DNA of 64,000 bases from a virus (lineage: Duplodnaviria; Caudoviricetes), in the IMG/VR virus record IMGVR_UViG_3300042261_000033, positions 351-64,350 of that record. One strand, 5' to 3'. Made by a program: the position numbers and the translations under genes. The stretch's first letter is position 1. Every line of letters begins with the position of its first letter. The notes beneath the pieces are model-generated. The model was given only the letters and a program-made list of their open reading frames with translations, was not told the DNA's origin and did no database searches. Shown in pieces: positions 16,782 to 27,040 of this stretch.

Positions 16782-18734
16782 TTAACTTGTTCTCGATACT
16801 TTAACACCCGACGGCACGGCTACACCAGTGCTAGATGGGAACATCTTGTTAACATCCTCACCCGGGAACGCTCTTTCGTAGAGCATCTTGAACTGAGGGT
16901 TCGCATACATATCGCGAGTAGCCTTGGCCATGTAAGCTTCTTTCTCAGTTGGATCAAGAATTGTGGCTGCAGTTGCCTTGGCATTTGCAAGCCAGTTGGT
17001 TTCGAAGCGTTGTAACGAACCTTCACGCTGCGCCTGAACCTTGTCGACTTGAGATTGACCGGTAAGGCCACGCTGAAGATCCATCTTCTCACGAGCAATG
17101 TCTTCAGCTTGCTTGTAATGCTCTGCGGTAAGCATCGATTTAAGGTCGGCAGCTTCTTCAGCAGCACGCTGTTTCTTGAGGCTTTGATAGAAAGCCAGAC
17201 CCTGACCTGCGCCTTGACCGATGCCAACATTCGCATACGGGGATTGAGAACCAAGCATTCCAAGACCTGCGGCCATCAGACCCATCCATTTGTCGCTATC
17301 AGCGTCTGCTGCACGCGCTTCGTCGCGAGCCATGACTCGAGCCAAGTATTTGTCACGAGCAGATTCAGTTGGTGGAGCAACTTCTGTCTTGGGCGTTTCC
17401 GTCTGAGTTAAGGCCGTTGGGGCTACAGGAGCGGTTGGCGCAGCTGGAGCAGCAGCAGGAGCTGGCTTAGCGGCTGGAGCAGGAGCCGCAGGAGCCGCAG
17501 GAGCCGCAGGAGCGGCTTGGGTTTCTGGCTTGGCATACTTCTTGGCTTGATCAGACAAAGGTTTCTCGCCAGACCAGCCATACTTCATGCGTTCGCCAAT
17601 AGTCCATTCTTCTTTAGGCTTGTACATGTCATATGGGGCTTCTGCGCGAAGATCAACGCTTGCCCTAGGAATGATGTCGCCTTCAACAAGCTGTTCGTTG
17701 TCCTGAGTAGCATAGCGCTTTACTTCACCGCCATTGGCCAAAGCCATGATGCCTTCGCCGCCCTTCTTGGTGAGCATTGCTTCGACTTCGCCAACGGTCT
17801 TGCCGCGCAGATGCGGGTTAGAAGCCATGATCTGTTTGACGCGAGCAGGCGACTCAAACGCAGATAGTCCTGCCTCAATTGGTTCTCTTGGATCTGCCTT
17901 GGCAAGCATCTTTGAGACACCCGGACCAAAGTGGTGGGCAGCGTAGACTTCGCCGTACGTCGGGTTGCGACCAAGGCTCTTCTTAAGGGATTCTGCGTTT
18001 TGACGGATAAGCTTAACGCCAAGGTCAGCATTTGTTTCTGGGTCAGCGCGATTTTCAGGCGTGCCTCCCAAGCCTTTCCATGTTGAATCCAACATGCCAA
18101 ACAAGCCCTTAGCAGAGCTTCTTGGGTCGCCCTTCATGTTCAATGTGCCGCCGCTTTCTGCGGTTGCAATGTTCTTGGCCAATGCAGCTGGAACGCCATG
18201 CTTCTCTGCGGCAGATGCAATAAGACTGTTAACGCCGCCTTCAGCTGGCTGCATGGTTCCACGCGCTGCTTTAGGCGCTTGGCCTTGAACCTGTGCATAA
18301 CCCATGCCTGTGGCTGGAGTTGCATTGATATCGAGACGATCAAGCATACGGCTCATGATCTCGTCATCGCGCTCAAGCTCTTGAGCATCAATATAATCCT
18401 GATATGTCTCTGCATTTGGATCGTCTACGTCGCCGCCCGGAGCGAACGCAACGATACCACCCAAGGCAAACCCTTGTTCTGGCATGTTCGTTGGAAGCTG
18501 ATCAACGCCTGACTCCGCTTGGGCAGCTTGTTGCATTACCTGTTCTGCAATAGGTGGTTGCTTAGGCTGCATCATGGACTGAGCCGTCTGAGCCTGCTTT
18601 TGTTGTTTGACCTTTTCCTGAAGAAGAGGAACGCCGATATAGGCCGGAACAGCACCGTCTTTAATGGCCTGTTGAAGCTGAGGAATGGATAGCTTCTCGG
18701 CAGAAGCCATCTTGCTTAGTGCGCTGCCAATCAT
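16782..18734 (-). CDS. Internal virion protein with lytic transglycosylase (SLT) domain
   Basis: AAEKHGVPAALAKNIATAESG...SAKGLFG...AAHHFGPG. Confidence 0.8.
   Translation of the reverse strand: MIGSALSKMASAEKLSIPQLQQAIKDGAVPAYIGVPLLQEKVKQQKQAQTAQSMMQPKQPPIAEQVMQQAAQAESGVDQLPTNMPEQGFALGGIVAFAPGGDVDDPNAETYQDYIDAQELERDDEIMSRMLDRLDINATPATGMGYAQVQGQAPKAARGTMQPAEGGVNSLIASAAEKHGVPAALAKNIATAESGGTLNMKGDPRSSAKGLFGMLDSTWKGLGGTPENRADPETNADLGVKLIRQNAESLKKSLGRNPTYGEVYAAHHFGPGVSKMLAKADPREPIEAGLSAFESPARVKQIMASNPHLRGKTVGEVEAMLTKKGGEGIMALANGGEVKRYATQDNEQLVEGDIIPRASVDLRAEAPYDMYKPKEEWTIGERMKYGWSGEKPLSDQAKKYAKPETQAAPAAPAAPAAPAPAAKPAPAAAPAAPTAPVAPTALTQTETPKTEVAPPTESARDKYLARVMARDEARAADADSDKWMGLMAAGLGMLGSQSPYANVGIGQGAGQGLAFYQSLKKQRAAEEAADLKSMLTAEHYKQAEDIAREKMDLQRGLTGQSQVDKVQAQREGSLQRFETNWLANAKATAATILDPTEKEAYMAKATRDMYANPQFKMLYERAFPGEDVNKMFPSSTGVAVPSGVKVSRTS
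17479..17513. repeat. 9-bp tandem repeat (GCAGGAGCC x ~4) encoding an Ala/Pro linker
   Basis: Directly visible; encodes APAAPAAPAAPA. Confidence 0.85.
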
Positions 18735-19873
18735 TATGCATTTCCCTTCATTGCATTGTATATACCGAGCGTATCCAGACCGTCTCTGCGTTCTTTAATT
18801 CTGCCGCCAGCCTTCTTCATTGCGCCATAGGCGCCTAGACCAAGAGCGCCAATACCAAGCATCTGCGATGTGGTACTTGGGGCTGCTTGATAGCCTGCGG
18901 TTTGAGTTGCTTGCAAAGGCAATCCATGCAGAAGCGAACTCATAAAGCCAAGCTGAGTCTGCGGATATTGTTGAGCCATTGCATAGTTCTGAATGGCCTG
19001 ATTAATGATGTTTTGTTGCTGTTGCTGTTGCAGCTGACCTTGTTGAGCCTGCGTGCCAATAACACCCTGCTGAGCAGCAAGTTGAGCAGAACCAAGTTGA
19101 CCGAATTGGCCGCCCATTGTTCCTAGCTGGCCGTAACCGGTTTGAGCTTGCTGAAGACCTGTTAAACCAGCTCCAAGAGCGTATTGCTGACCAGCCTGAC
19201 CCTTGTCAAAGGCTGTTGCATAGCCCTCACCAATTGCCTTGTTCATGGCAATGTTCTTGTTTCGCTCGTTCTCGGCCTGCATCAATGCTTGACGAGTACC
19301 GCCATAAGCGCCCATGCCAGCGGCTTTACCGCGTTCCTGAGCGCCTGTGATGTCGTACTGGCGGCGCATTTCATCTAATGTCGGGGTAAGCGCATTAGAC
19401 AGATACGGGTTCATGTACTGGGCTTGCACGCGAGGATCGGTCATCTGACGCTGCGCATACGAACCATAACCACCAAGCTGTCCAGCTGTGCCAGCAACGC
19501 CTGATGCGCCAGCGCCTAGAACGCCAGTGCCTGTTGCAAATTGACCCGGTGTCGTTAAGGCGCCAGCACCAGTGAATGCTTGCCCCTGCAATGGACTAAA
19601 TGGAGCTACATATTTAGTTGGGTCTTCGCTATATGGGGTATATGGCTTGATGCCTGTTACGGTGCCTGTATCGTCGTAGTTATAAACTTGCTGCTGAGCG
19701 GTACCCAGCATGGTCTCAACATACGGCTGCGCATAAGCAGGAATTGCCTGAGTGTATGTGGTAGATGTCGTTGGCTGTGGAGTCCCGCCGCCTCCGCCGC
19801 CCTCTAGAGTAATTCGACCACCCACCTTCATAAAGGCGCGGTCTGGCAGCATGTCAAAATGGTTATATCTCAT
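18734..19873 (-). CDS. Internal virion / DNA ejection protein
   Basis: Gln/Gly/Ala-rich, QYMNPY and GAYGGTRQ motifs; position among ejection genes. Confidence 0.7.
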   Translation of the reverse strand: MRYNHFDMLPDRAFMKVGGRITLEGGGGGGTPQPTTSTTYTQAIPAYAQPYVETMLGTAQQQVYNYDDTGTVTGIKPYTPYSEDPTKYVAPFSPLQGQAFTGAGALTTPGQFATGTGVLGAGASGVAGTAGQLGGYGSYAQRQMTDPRVQAQYMNPYLSNALTPTLDEMRRQYDITGAQERGKAAGMGAYGGTRQALMQAENERNKNIAMNKAIGEGYATAFDKGQAGQQYALGAGLTGLQQAQTGYGQLGTMGGQFGQLGSAQLAAQQGVIGTQAQQGQLQQQQQQNIINQAIQNYAMAQQYPQTQLGFMSSLLHGLPLQATQTAGYQAAPSTTSQMLGIGALGLGAYGAMKKAGGRIKERRDGLDTLGIYNAMKGNA

Positions 19874-20283
19874 AGCTTTGCTTCCACCAAAGTAGTACGC
19901 TCTTCAAATCCGTACCGTGACCATAAACGTGCGATTGCAGGTCTAGCCATGCCTTGAATCTTGGTGGCGCCATGCACTTTAAGAATATCGCACATCTGTT
20001 TAAACGTGTCTTTATTGGATATTAGCTTACCACCAATAAAGGTGATAAACGCAATCCGATCATTAGGGTAATTAAGGAAATTAACTGTGGCAGCGCCTTT
20101 GACTTGAAAGTCTTCGCCTGTCGCTACCAACAGCATCCATTGCCCTGTGTTTACCAATAGCTTTGCTTGTTCCAGCGTGTAATCGCCGCCGCCATGTTCA
20201 ATGGCTTCTGCAATATGAGGCTCAGCCAGCGGCCATGACTGCGCCGCATGGTTCTGATGCACATACTGGATAGATAGCGTCAT
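19870..20283 (-). CDS. GNAT-like acetyltransferase of the virion morphogenesis module
   Basis: FITFIGG...GATKIQGMARPAIARLWSRYGF resembles a GNAT C-terminus. Confidence 0.6.
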   Translation of the reverse strand: MTLSIQYVHQNHAAQSWPLAEPHIAEAIEHGGGDYTLEQAKLLVNTGQWMLLVATGEDFQVKGAATVNFLNYPNDRIAFITFIGGKLISNKDTFKQMCDILKVHGATKIQGMARPAIARLWSRYGFEERTTLVEAKL

Positions 20284-21887
20284 ACAGGCATCATCTTTTT
20301 AGGAGTGGATTGATATGCCAGTCCTTTGCCCTTTTTGCGCTTGTTCTGGATGCGATCTAGCATGGCATACAGCTGCTTTGCGCCTGCGTCGGTTGAGCCA
20401 TTTCCAAGCTCACTTACAGCACGGGCAGGAACAACAAACTCGCCATCCGCCAAGCGAGCAGGCTGTTTGTTGCCAATAGACGCAGGGATCGAATCACTTA
20501 CGCCATCACCCGGACCGCGCAGCAATTGACCGCCATCCGAGTAGCCACCAAGCGACGAGATGCCGCCTGTTGCAAAGCTTGACTGCGCCTCGCCTTCGCG
20601 CTTGCGACGTAGGTACTCTTCGCGACCCGGAACAGACGCGTCAAGCACTGTACCCACGGTACCGCCGGGTACGATCTGCTCTTGGAGATCGCCCATAAAA
20701 CCACCCGGATGGGCGGTTGCATAGACCTTATTCGCATAATCACCGCCTGCGCCGCCCGGCTGCATGCCACGAATCGAGTCAGCGATGTTGCCGCCAAGGC
20801 CGAATCTAGCAATGCCACCAGCGGCCATGCCAATAGGCAGCTCTTGGCTTGTCATTGGATTTGTGCGCGTATCATAATCTGCATTCATTGCAGACATCAT
20901 GCTATTCGGATATTGAGAAGATGTTGCAAAGTTGGTGTGTTCTTGTTGGCTCTGCGGATAAATGGAGTTCTGCATTGGATTCATGCCGCCATCTGCCAGC
21001 ATGGCGATGCCGCCCTCTGCATAACGAGCCGAATAAACATTTGGAGTCGCAGCTGTTGGGGTGTATTTAGACGGGTCGTACTTAAGCTTGGTTAATGGAC
21101 CAGAGTACTCATCCTGCTCAGGAACGCCATATTTGTTGCTGTCTTGCTGCATGGCATAGCCCAGACCTGCTGTGCCAGCGCCCATAATAGCCGCTTGCTC
21201 ACCTGCGCCAAGGCTTTTCCACCAGCCAGACAGGCCGCCTTGTGTGGCAGCGTCTTTTGCAGCACTTTGGCCTGCAGTTTTTGCCACCTCGCCGGTCGCT
21301 TGCGGAGCAAGCCCACCAACTTCACCAACAGTGGCGCCGCCTGTACCGCTGAATGCGCCGCTTGGAACTCCACTGGCAGCGCCAAACGCCTGTGGCGTTC
21401 CCGTCATAGTGGATGACATTGCCGCTGGTGATACGCCGTACGTTGAACCCAATGATGACGTAGCGCCACCAAATCCCTGCGTGCCAACAAGGCTTGAAGA
21501 TGGAGCGGCACTGCCGAATGCTGATGAACCGGCCGTGCCACCGGCTAATTGACCGGAAGACAGAATGCCGGTTCCTGCGCCAGCCTCGCCAATCGCTCCA
21601 GCTCCGCCAAGCTCTGCGCCGCCAATGCCCATCGCGCCACCGGTTTCCAATCCTGCGCCGCCAAGAGCCAAACCTGAGCCGCCTTCTAATGCGCCAGCAC
21701 CGATGCCGCCTTCAGCTGCAGCACCGGCACCGCCAAACGCAGCGCTACCAGCCCCGCCACCAGCCGCTCCAAGAGCGCCACCGATTAAAGCGCCTTTCCA
21801 GACGTCATCGCCGCCTTTTTTACTGCCAATGGCTGCGCCACTAGCCGCGCCAACTGCTGCACCAATACCGACTGCGATCCAAGACAT
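20280..21887 (-). CDS. Gly/Ala-rich internal virion protein
   Basis: Glycine-zipper hydrophobic N-terminus; C-terminal GPGDGVSDSIPA...LADGEFVVPA domain. Confidence 0.7.
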   Translation of the reverse strand: MSWIAVGIGAAVGAASGAAIGSKKGGDDVWKGALIGGALGAAGGGAGSAAFGGAGAAAEGGIGAGALEGGSGLALGGAGLETGGAMGIGGAELGGAGAIGEAGAGTGILSSGQLAGGTAGSSAFGSAAPSSSLVGTQGFGGATSSLGSTYGVSPAAMSSTMTGTPQAFGAASGVPSGAFSGTGGATVGEVGGLAPQATGEVAKTAGQSAAKDAATQGGLSGWWKSLGAGEQAAIMGAGTAGLGYAMQQDSNKYGVPEQDEYSGPLTKLKYDPSKYTPTAATPNVYSARYAEGGIAMLADGGMNPMQNSIYPQSQQEHTNFATSSQYPNSMMSAMNADYDTRTNPMTSQELPIGMAAGGIARFGLGGNIADSIRGMQPGGAGGDYANKVYATAHPGGFMGDLQEQIVPGGTVGTVLDASVPGREEYLRRKREGEAQSSFATGGISSLGGYSDGGQLLRGPGDGVSDSIPASIGNKQPARLADGEFVVPARAVSELGNGSTDAGAKQLYAMLDRIQNKRKKGKGLAYQSTPKKMMPV

Positions 21888-21889
21888 GA

Positions 21890-22384
21890 TTAGGTTCCTT
21901 TACATTCCAACGCTTTCATGGCGTCAAATTCTTCGTAAGACTTGGCAATTACCTCGTCTTCGACTTCTTCCAGTTTATCTTCCCCAAGGTGTTCGGTCAT
22001 GTGAATTGACACCCAAATCGTGTCTTCTTCTGCGTAACCGACCCGTTTATCACCCGGTTTGCACGGAAGAATGCACGGAGCCTCGAAGTAATGCTTGCCT
22101 TTCTCGGATGCTACCGAGATTTTGCCTTTTAATACAATGTTTAAATGTGGGCGCTTGTGTATTTTGCCGACAATTAATGCGCCTTTTGGTACAAATAGCT
22201 CTCTGGCATAGATTCCGCAACCGTATTTGTCGTCTTTATCAGTGAAATAATGCGTGAGAAGCAGCTTATCTTCGATGGAGGTAGCATCGCCAGTGGCAAT
22301 CAACTCGCCCATCTTGTTCTGAAGACCAAGAATGGCATCGCGAGAATGCGCATTTCCAATCTTTTCAAGAAGCTCTGTACTCAT
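21890..22384 (-). CDS. Cupin-fold protein
   Basis: GIYARELFVPKGALIVGKIHKRPHLNIVLKG double-His cupin-like motif. Confidence 0.7.
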   Translation of the reverse strand: MSTELLEKIGNAHSRDAILGLQNKMGELIATGDATSIEDKLLLTHYFTDKDDKYGCGIYARELFVPKGALIVGKIHKRPHLNIVLKGKISVASEKGKHYFEAPCILPCKPGDKRVGYAEEDTIWVSIHMTEHLGEDKLEEVEDEVIAKSYEEFDAMKALECKGT

Positions 22385-22417
22385 GTCTGTCTCAAGATAA
22401 ATGGTTCTTACAGTTTA

Positions 22418-23521
22418 TCATTGGGGAAGTTCCGATACAAACGAAACAGTGGCTATAGCAGAAGGCGTCTGCGGACGAACCGGAACGGTTGCCGCAGGAA
22501 TCGTTTCGATGAAGACAGTTGAGTCTGATGTGTGCCAAACGATCTCTATTACATCTCCAGCTTGAATCTCAACAAACAGGTTAAGCGCTGCAATAAGCTG
22601 GCCATTATGCCCTGCGTGAGCGCCCGGAATAGAAAACTGACTGTTTGAATCTGGTATGTCGACATCATTCTTTCGGAACCAAACATCGACCTCATGGTCT
22701 TTATTTAGGTCCGTATTGGTGAACTGCAGGCTAAATTGAATGTTATAAATACCAGAGTACTCAAACGTGATTAAGGATTTGAGCTGTCCGGTAATGGTTG
22801 TGCTTGCCGTGGTCTGTGACGGAGATACGGAGTACGTGCCTTGATATCCCCACGGACGGAATACGTAAGTGCCAGCGGCTTGTATGGTAAACGCCGCGCT
22901 AAGCGTCACTGTCGTGTTGCCGGTTCCTGAGTCATATACGGCTTCGGTCACTCGGGTGTTGGCTGGGACGCCAGTGCCAGACACGAACTGCCTAGCTTCA
23001 ATTAACCCTGCTCCGCCAGATACAACGAAGGTTGTTGCAGCGGGAGCGCCGCCAGAAACAAATGTCTGCGTTCCTGCGATTGGGGTGGCTGTAGAGCTAA
23101 GCTGCAAATAGACGTATGTACCAGCAGTAACGCTAGTGCCTGACAGAAGCATCGACGGAAACAAGCGGCCAGATGTAACCGCAGTAATTGTCATTGTTGT
23201 ACTTGCGGGACCGATAGACCCTGTGCCAACAAAGTCTCTGGATGTTATAGATACACCATTAGAGATAGCGGTGTCGCTAAACCGCACAGCATAGGGGATT
23301 GAGGTAGAGCCGTCGTATTGGTCTGATGTATCGTAGAAAGACCCACTCGGAAAGCTTATAAACCGCCCTCCGCTATTCTCCATAAGAGTCTGTGTGAAGT
23401 TATCCAGCTCTCTAAAGTATAGACGCAGGACGTTTAGCACCTGATCTTGATATCGTTGGTCATAGTCAACCGGCCCAATAGGCAGGTTGGGTGCGGCCGA
23501 AGGGCGTAGAGTCTTTGACAT
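22418..23521 (-). CDS. Tail-associated structural protein
   Basis: Follows the tail tubular gene; Thr/Ser/Gly-rich beta repeats and a GIYNIQFSLQ C-terminal domain. Confidence 0.65.
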   Translation of the reverse strand: MSKTLRPSAAPNLPIGPVDYDQRYQDQVLNVLRLYFRELDNFTQTLMENSGGRFISFPSGSFYDTSDQYDGSTSIPYAVRFSDTAISNGVSITSRDFVGTGSIGPASTTMTITAVTSGRLFPSMLLSGTSVTAGTYVYLQLSSTATPIAGTQTFVSGGAPAATTFVVSGGAGLIEARQFVSGTGVPANTRVTEAVYDSGTGNTTVTLSAAFTIQAAGTYVFRPWGYQGTYSVSPSQTTASTTITGQLKSLITFEYSGIYNIQFSLQFTNTDLNKDHEVDVWFRKNDVDIPDSNSQFSIPGAHAGHNGQLIAALNLFVEIQAGDVIEIVWHTSDSTVFIETIPAATVPVRPQTPSAIATVSFVSELPQ

Positions 23522-25755
23522 TAGCGACGACCGTCATTTCGGATGTCAATGCGAGGTGTGCCAAGCTGCCATGACACTCCCAAGCTATCTGACTCAATAC
23601 GGAACGCAAGCTGGCGCCCACGCAGGCGCGTATAGACCTGACCATCAAACTGCTGAATATTGTATACACCAGCGCGACTGTAGTTGTCTTGGCTCTGCAC
23701 TTCTGGATTATCAGAAGAGCCATAGGGTGTACCAGAGTTCTGGCGAGGCTTAATTGTCATCGTGACGTACGGCTGATTGACGTTTGATCCATTGAAGTTA
23801 ACATCAGGAAGGATGCGCCACACGAAACCAAAGTTATGGCCATCGCCAATATCAAAGTCAGACGACTGCACATAAGCATTGATAGCAACAGGAGTAAGCC
23901 CAGAGACATCATCCACAGCAGATTCGTGATATAGGATGCGATTTTCATAGTTCGCTGCCATAGGATAAGGACGAATGCCGGAGTCCAGCCAAGCGGTGCG
24001 TGCCATTGAGCCGTAGTACCAGACTCGGTCTAGGTAGTTGTAGATGACGTATTTGTCTACGGTGTTGTCCGTGCTTTCCGCACTAACATAGAACCACCAG
24101 ACTTCGTTGTAACCTTCGTTCGATCCGGCAAAAATCTGATATGCCTGATCCTTGTTGATATTGTTGAAGATGTACTGACGCAAAGAGCATGGCAGCGTTT
24201 CCACGCGACCAGAGTACATGTAGAACTTATCTGCGCCCATCCAATAGGTCACGTTGTTAATTGTGACCGCTGCGTTCGGCGAGATGATGGAGATGTTGTC
24301 CATCAGAATGTTGAAGCCCCATACGTACGGAGGTCCAAGATACTGCATGGAATATAAGCACGCATCAGTCCAGACTAGGATTTCTTGGCGGGTATTCTTG
24401 TATGTAACGATGAACGATCCATTGGACAGGCGGAACTCGCCGGACTGATTTGTTACTTCAGGCACCCATTCATACGGGTTTTCTTGATCAGACCAACGCA
24501 CCAGCATCGGATCAAATTCAGTTGCTGAATCCGTTGGGTCGTATGGGTTTGCCCCCATAGCGATCAGGAAACGCTGGATAGATGAAGCCGAAATAGCGTT
24601 CGTAGTGTGGGGAACAAACGCCCCAGAGAAGCCTTCAGCTGTAGACAAAGCGCTTAATGACTGCGCACGAACAGCAACGCCAGTGGAGTCTTTCCAGTAA
24701 TAAATCGCGCCACCGCGAGGAGCAATTACAAGGTCTTGGCCATAGTTGTCATTTGACCACAGACGAAGTTGTTGGCCGATGCCGCCACCAGTGAACGCAG
24801 TACCCCAGCCTCTTGTACCAGAGCCAATGGTAACGGTTACAGCAGATCCGCCGCCGGTAGTTGTAGATGTGGCAACAGAACCGGAAGGCAGCGTGATGTC
24901 GTACGTATTTGCGGTGATATTCGATATGGTGTACGTGGAGTTCAGCATAGAAGCTGCTACACCACCAACTGCAGTTGCACCAGAGAATACAACATAAGTT
25001 CCAGATGAAAGACCATGAGCCGTCTGAGTGACTGTCACAACACCTGAAGTTGCTGTAGTGGCAAATGGGTTTGCGCCTAAAGCAGCAACCGCAGGAGCAG
25101 CTACACCACCCCAAGGACCTGCACCCCAGCCCGTACCGACAACAAACACATCCAAGCCAATAGGGACTTGGTAATAGGCAGTAATGGCACCGCCGCCATG
25201 CCCCGTATCTGATGCGTTTGCAAGAACAGGAAGCCCCGTTGTAGAGCTTTTTGCCGCTATGGTGTATGAGGTGGTCAGTGAATCAACCGACAGGATTTCA
25301 TATTCTTGGTTAAGAACAGCAGCGGTTATGTTGCCACCTAAAGACACGGCGCCCGTGAATGTAACCCAGTCGCCAACATTCGGCGTATAGCCTGCATCAA
25401 CAACGGTTAGCGTTGCCGATCCTGTTGTAGCAGTAAATGGGCCAGACGGAGCGCCAAGCGTTGTCGACGTATGGTAGATCGGCGTTACGTCGTTGTATTC
25501 GCCGCCACGCTCAATGTAATACTTTTCGTTCGTGCCTACGCCAAGATAGTTCGTGCCATCTAGATCAATCCAGTTCCACATGGAACGAGCTGTGCCTATG
25601 TATTGATTGTTTGATAGCCGGGTCCAGCCGCCAATCTTTTCTGGAAAGCCAGAACGAAAACGGATTTTGTCGCCGTCATACCAACCGCCCTCATTGGCGT
25701 AATCGGTACCTTCACGGTTTAATCCGGGGCGAAACTGGAGTTTTTGTAACGGCAT
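23521..25755 (-). CDS. Tail tubular B / DNA stabilisation (nozzle) protein
   Basis: 744 aa, beta-propeller-like VRWSDQE and NEVWWFY motifs; podovirus gene order. Confidence 0.75.
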   Translation of the reverse strand: MPLQKLQFRPGLNREGTDYANEGGWYDGDKIRFRSGFPEKIGGWTRLSNNQYIGTARSMWNWIDLDGTNYLGVGTNEKYYIERGGEYNDVTPIYHTSTTLGAPSGPFTATTGSATLTVVDAGYTPNVGDWVTFTGAVSLGGNITAAVLNQEYEILSVDSLTTSYTIAAKSSTTGLPVLANASDTGHGGGAITAYYQVPIGLDVFVVGTGWGAGPWGGVAAPAVAALGANPFATTATSGVVTVTQTAHGLSSGTYVVFSGATAVGGVAASMLNSTYTISNITANTYDITLPSGSVATSTTTGGGSAVTVTIGSGTRGWGTAFTGGGIGQQLRLWSNDNYGQDLVIAPRGGAIYYWKDSTGVAVRAQSLSALSTAEGFSGAFVPHTTNAISASSIQRFLIAMGANPYDPTDSATEFDPMLVRWSDQENPYEWVPEVTNQSGEFRLSNGSFIVTYKNTRQEILVWTDACLYSMQYLGPPYVWGFNILMDNISIISPNAAVTINNVTYWMGADKFYMYSGRVETLPCSLRQYIFNNINKDQAYQIFAGSNEGYNEVWWFYVSAESTDNTVDKYVIYNYLDRVWYYGSMARTAWLDSGIRPYPMAANYENRILYHESAVDDVSGLTPVAINAYVQSSDFDIGDGHNFGFVWRILPDVNFNGSNVNQPYVTMTIKPRQNSGTPYGSSDNPEVQSQDNYSRAGVYNIQQFDGQVYTRLRGRQLAFRIESDSLGVSWQLGTPRIDIRNDGRR

Positions 25756-25758
25756 AAT

Positions 25759-26268
25759 TTACACCATAGATAGGGCTGCTTCTTTGACCTCATTACCACG
25801 ACGAGTCCAACCCTTACCAAACGTAGCGAACGTCGTCAGTCCTTGCCAGAATTGTAGCCGTTTATCTGCATATTTGTTAATTAGTTCTGTTGAGTCAATA
25901 GCTTTTACTGCCGCCAAAGTAACAGGACCAATGCCACCATCAGGCTTAACACCAGCAATTTCTTGAAGAAACTTTGCCGCTCTGCCGGGGCCAGAATTGA
26001 CTGCACAATCAAATACGCAGTAATCAACGCCGCTAGGTAAATCATCTCCACGTATGGCATCCCAGAATTTCCTCTTGTATAGCGGAGCAACCTTTTCAGG
26101 GGTCAGCTCACGCATTTCCTTTTCCGAAGGCTTGTGACCAACCCAGTCTTCCCAAGTACGCGCAGTTACGCCAAGGTTAGTCATGCCGCCCGGGTCTTGG
26201 CTGTGATTTACGAAGCCACCTTCGGACTTAAGAACATGTTGCAGCGCAAGGCGAAAGTTGCTTTCCAT
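25759..26268 (-). CDS. Endolysin, glycoside hydrolase family 108 with peptidoglycan-binding domain
   Basis: EGGFVNHSQDPGGMTNLGVT, FDCAVNSG, FGKGWTRR. Confidence 0.93.
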   Translation of the reverse strand: MESNFRLALQHVLKSEGGFVNHSQDPGGMTNLGVTARTWEDWVGHKPSEKEMRELTPEKVAPLYKRKFWDAIRGDDLPSGVDYCVFDCAVNSGPGRAAKFLQEIAGVKPDGGIGPVTLAAVKAIDSTELINKYADKRLQFWQGLTTFATFGKGWTRRGNEVKEAALSMV

Positions 26269-26687
26269 TATTCATCTGCCTTAGTTTTGGAGTTGTTCTT
26301 CATTTCCATAATCTTCTCAAGGCTGCGGCCACCGAAATAGGCCGTCATCACCAGCATGCCCCACTGACCAAGAAGCTCTACGTAAGCAGACTTTGTTTCA
26401 TAGTCGAACATCGACATAAAGGCAAAGAACGAATAGGCGCACAGGATGAAGATCAGCGTCATTGGACGGATGTTCTTAGCCAGCCAGCTATCTGTGCCGG
26501 CATCTGCCTGCCAGCGCTTGCTGATCTCTTGAGCTTCTACGTTGTCAGCCTGCAGATTGGCGATCAGCATATCCTTCTTGTTGTTCTCCAGCTCCTGCGC
26601 CATCTTGGCCTTTAACTCTGGATCAGGAATGAACTTGTCGATAATCTTTAAACCCGCTGCGATTGCATCATCAATACCGAATGCCAT
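26268..26687 (-). CDS. Holin (GTA 3TM-like)
   Basis: IIDKFIPD, SWLAKNIRP, YFGGRSLEK; two TM helices; adjacent to endolysin. Confidence 0.85.
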   Translation of the reverse strand: MAFGIDDAIAAGLKIIDKFIPDPELKAKMAQELENNKKDMLIANLQADNVEAQEISKRWQADAGTDSWLAKNIRPMTLIFILCAYSFFAFMSMFDYETKSAYVELLGQWGMLVMTAYFGGRSLEKIMEMKNNSKTKADE

Positions 26688-26689
26688 GA

Positions 26690-27040
26690 TTAACCTTTCA
26701 TTGTGGTTACGTCGTCGCCCTTGGTCACGGTGACGCGACCATCCTCTACGTCTACACGCATAGGAACTTCGCCTCTGTCCAGACGCTCGATCAGATCGTG
26801 CATTATCTTGAACTCAGGCTTCTCTTCCTTGGCATTAGCTCCTGCAACGCCGTTCATCATTGATATCAGAGCGGTCAATGATGCGCCCAATAGACCCATG
26901 ACAGCGGCCATCTTCTCTGTGTCTAGGAACAAAGAAGCGCCAACGCCCATGGCAACAATGACCGTGATGTATGCCAGTCCCTGTTTGCCGATTGTCTTAC
27001 CGGCAACTTCCTTGGCTGTTTCTACGGGTGGGTTTTCCAT
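26690..27040 (-). CDS. Membrane protein of the lysis region
   Basis: Two hydrophobic helices; start revised to MENPP. Confidence 0.65.
   Translation of the reverse strand: MENPPVETAKEVAGKTIGKQGLAYITVIVAMGVGASLFLDTEKMAAVMGLLGASLTALISMMNGVAGANAKEEKPEFKIMHDLIERLDRGEVPMRVDVEDGRVTVTKGDDVTTMKG

Noticed and set aside
21565-22245. Pro/Ala-rich 226-aa plus-strand ORF
   Set aside because: Mirror of Gly-rich codons on the coding strand
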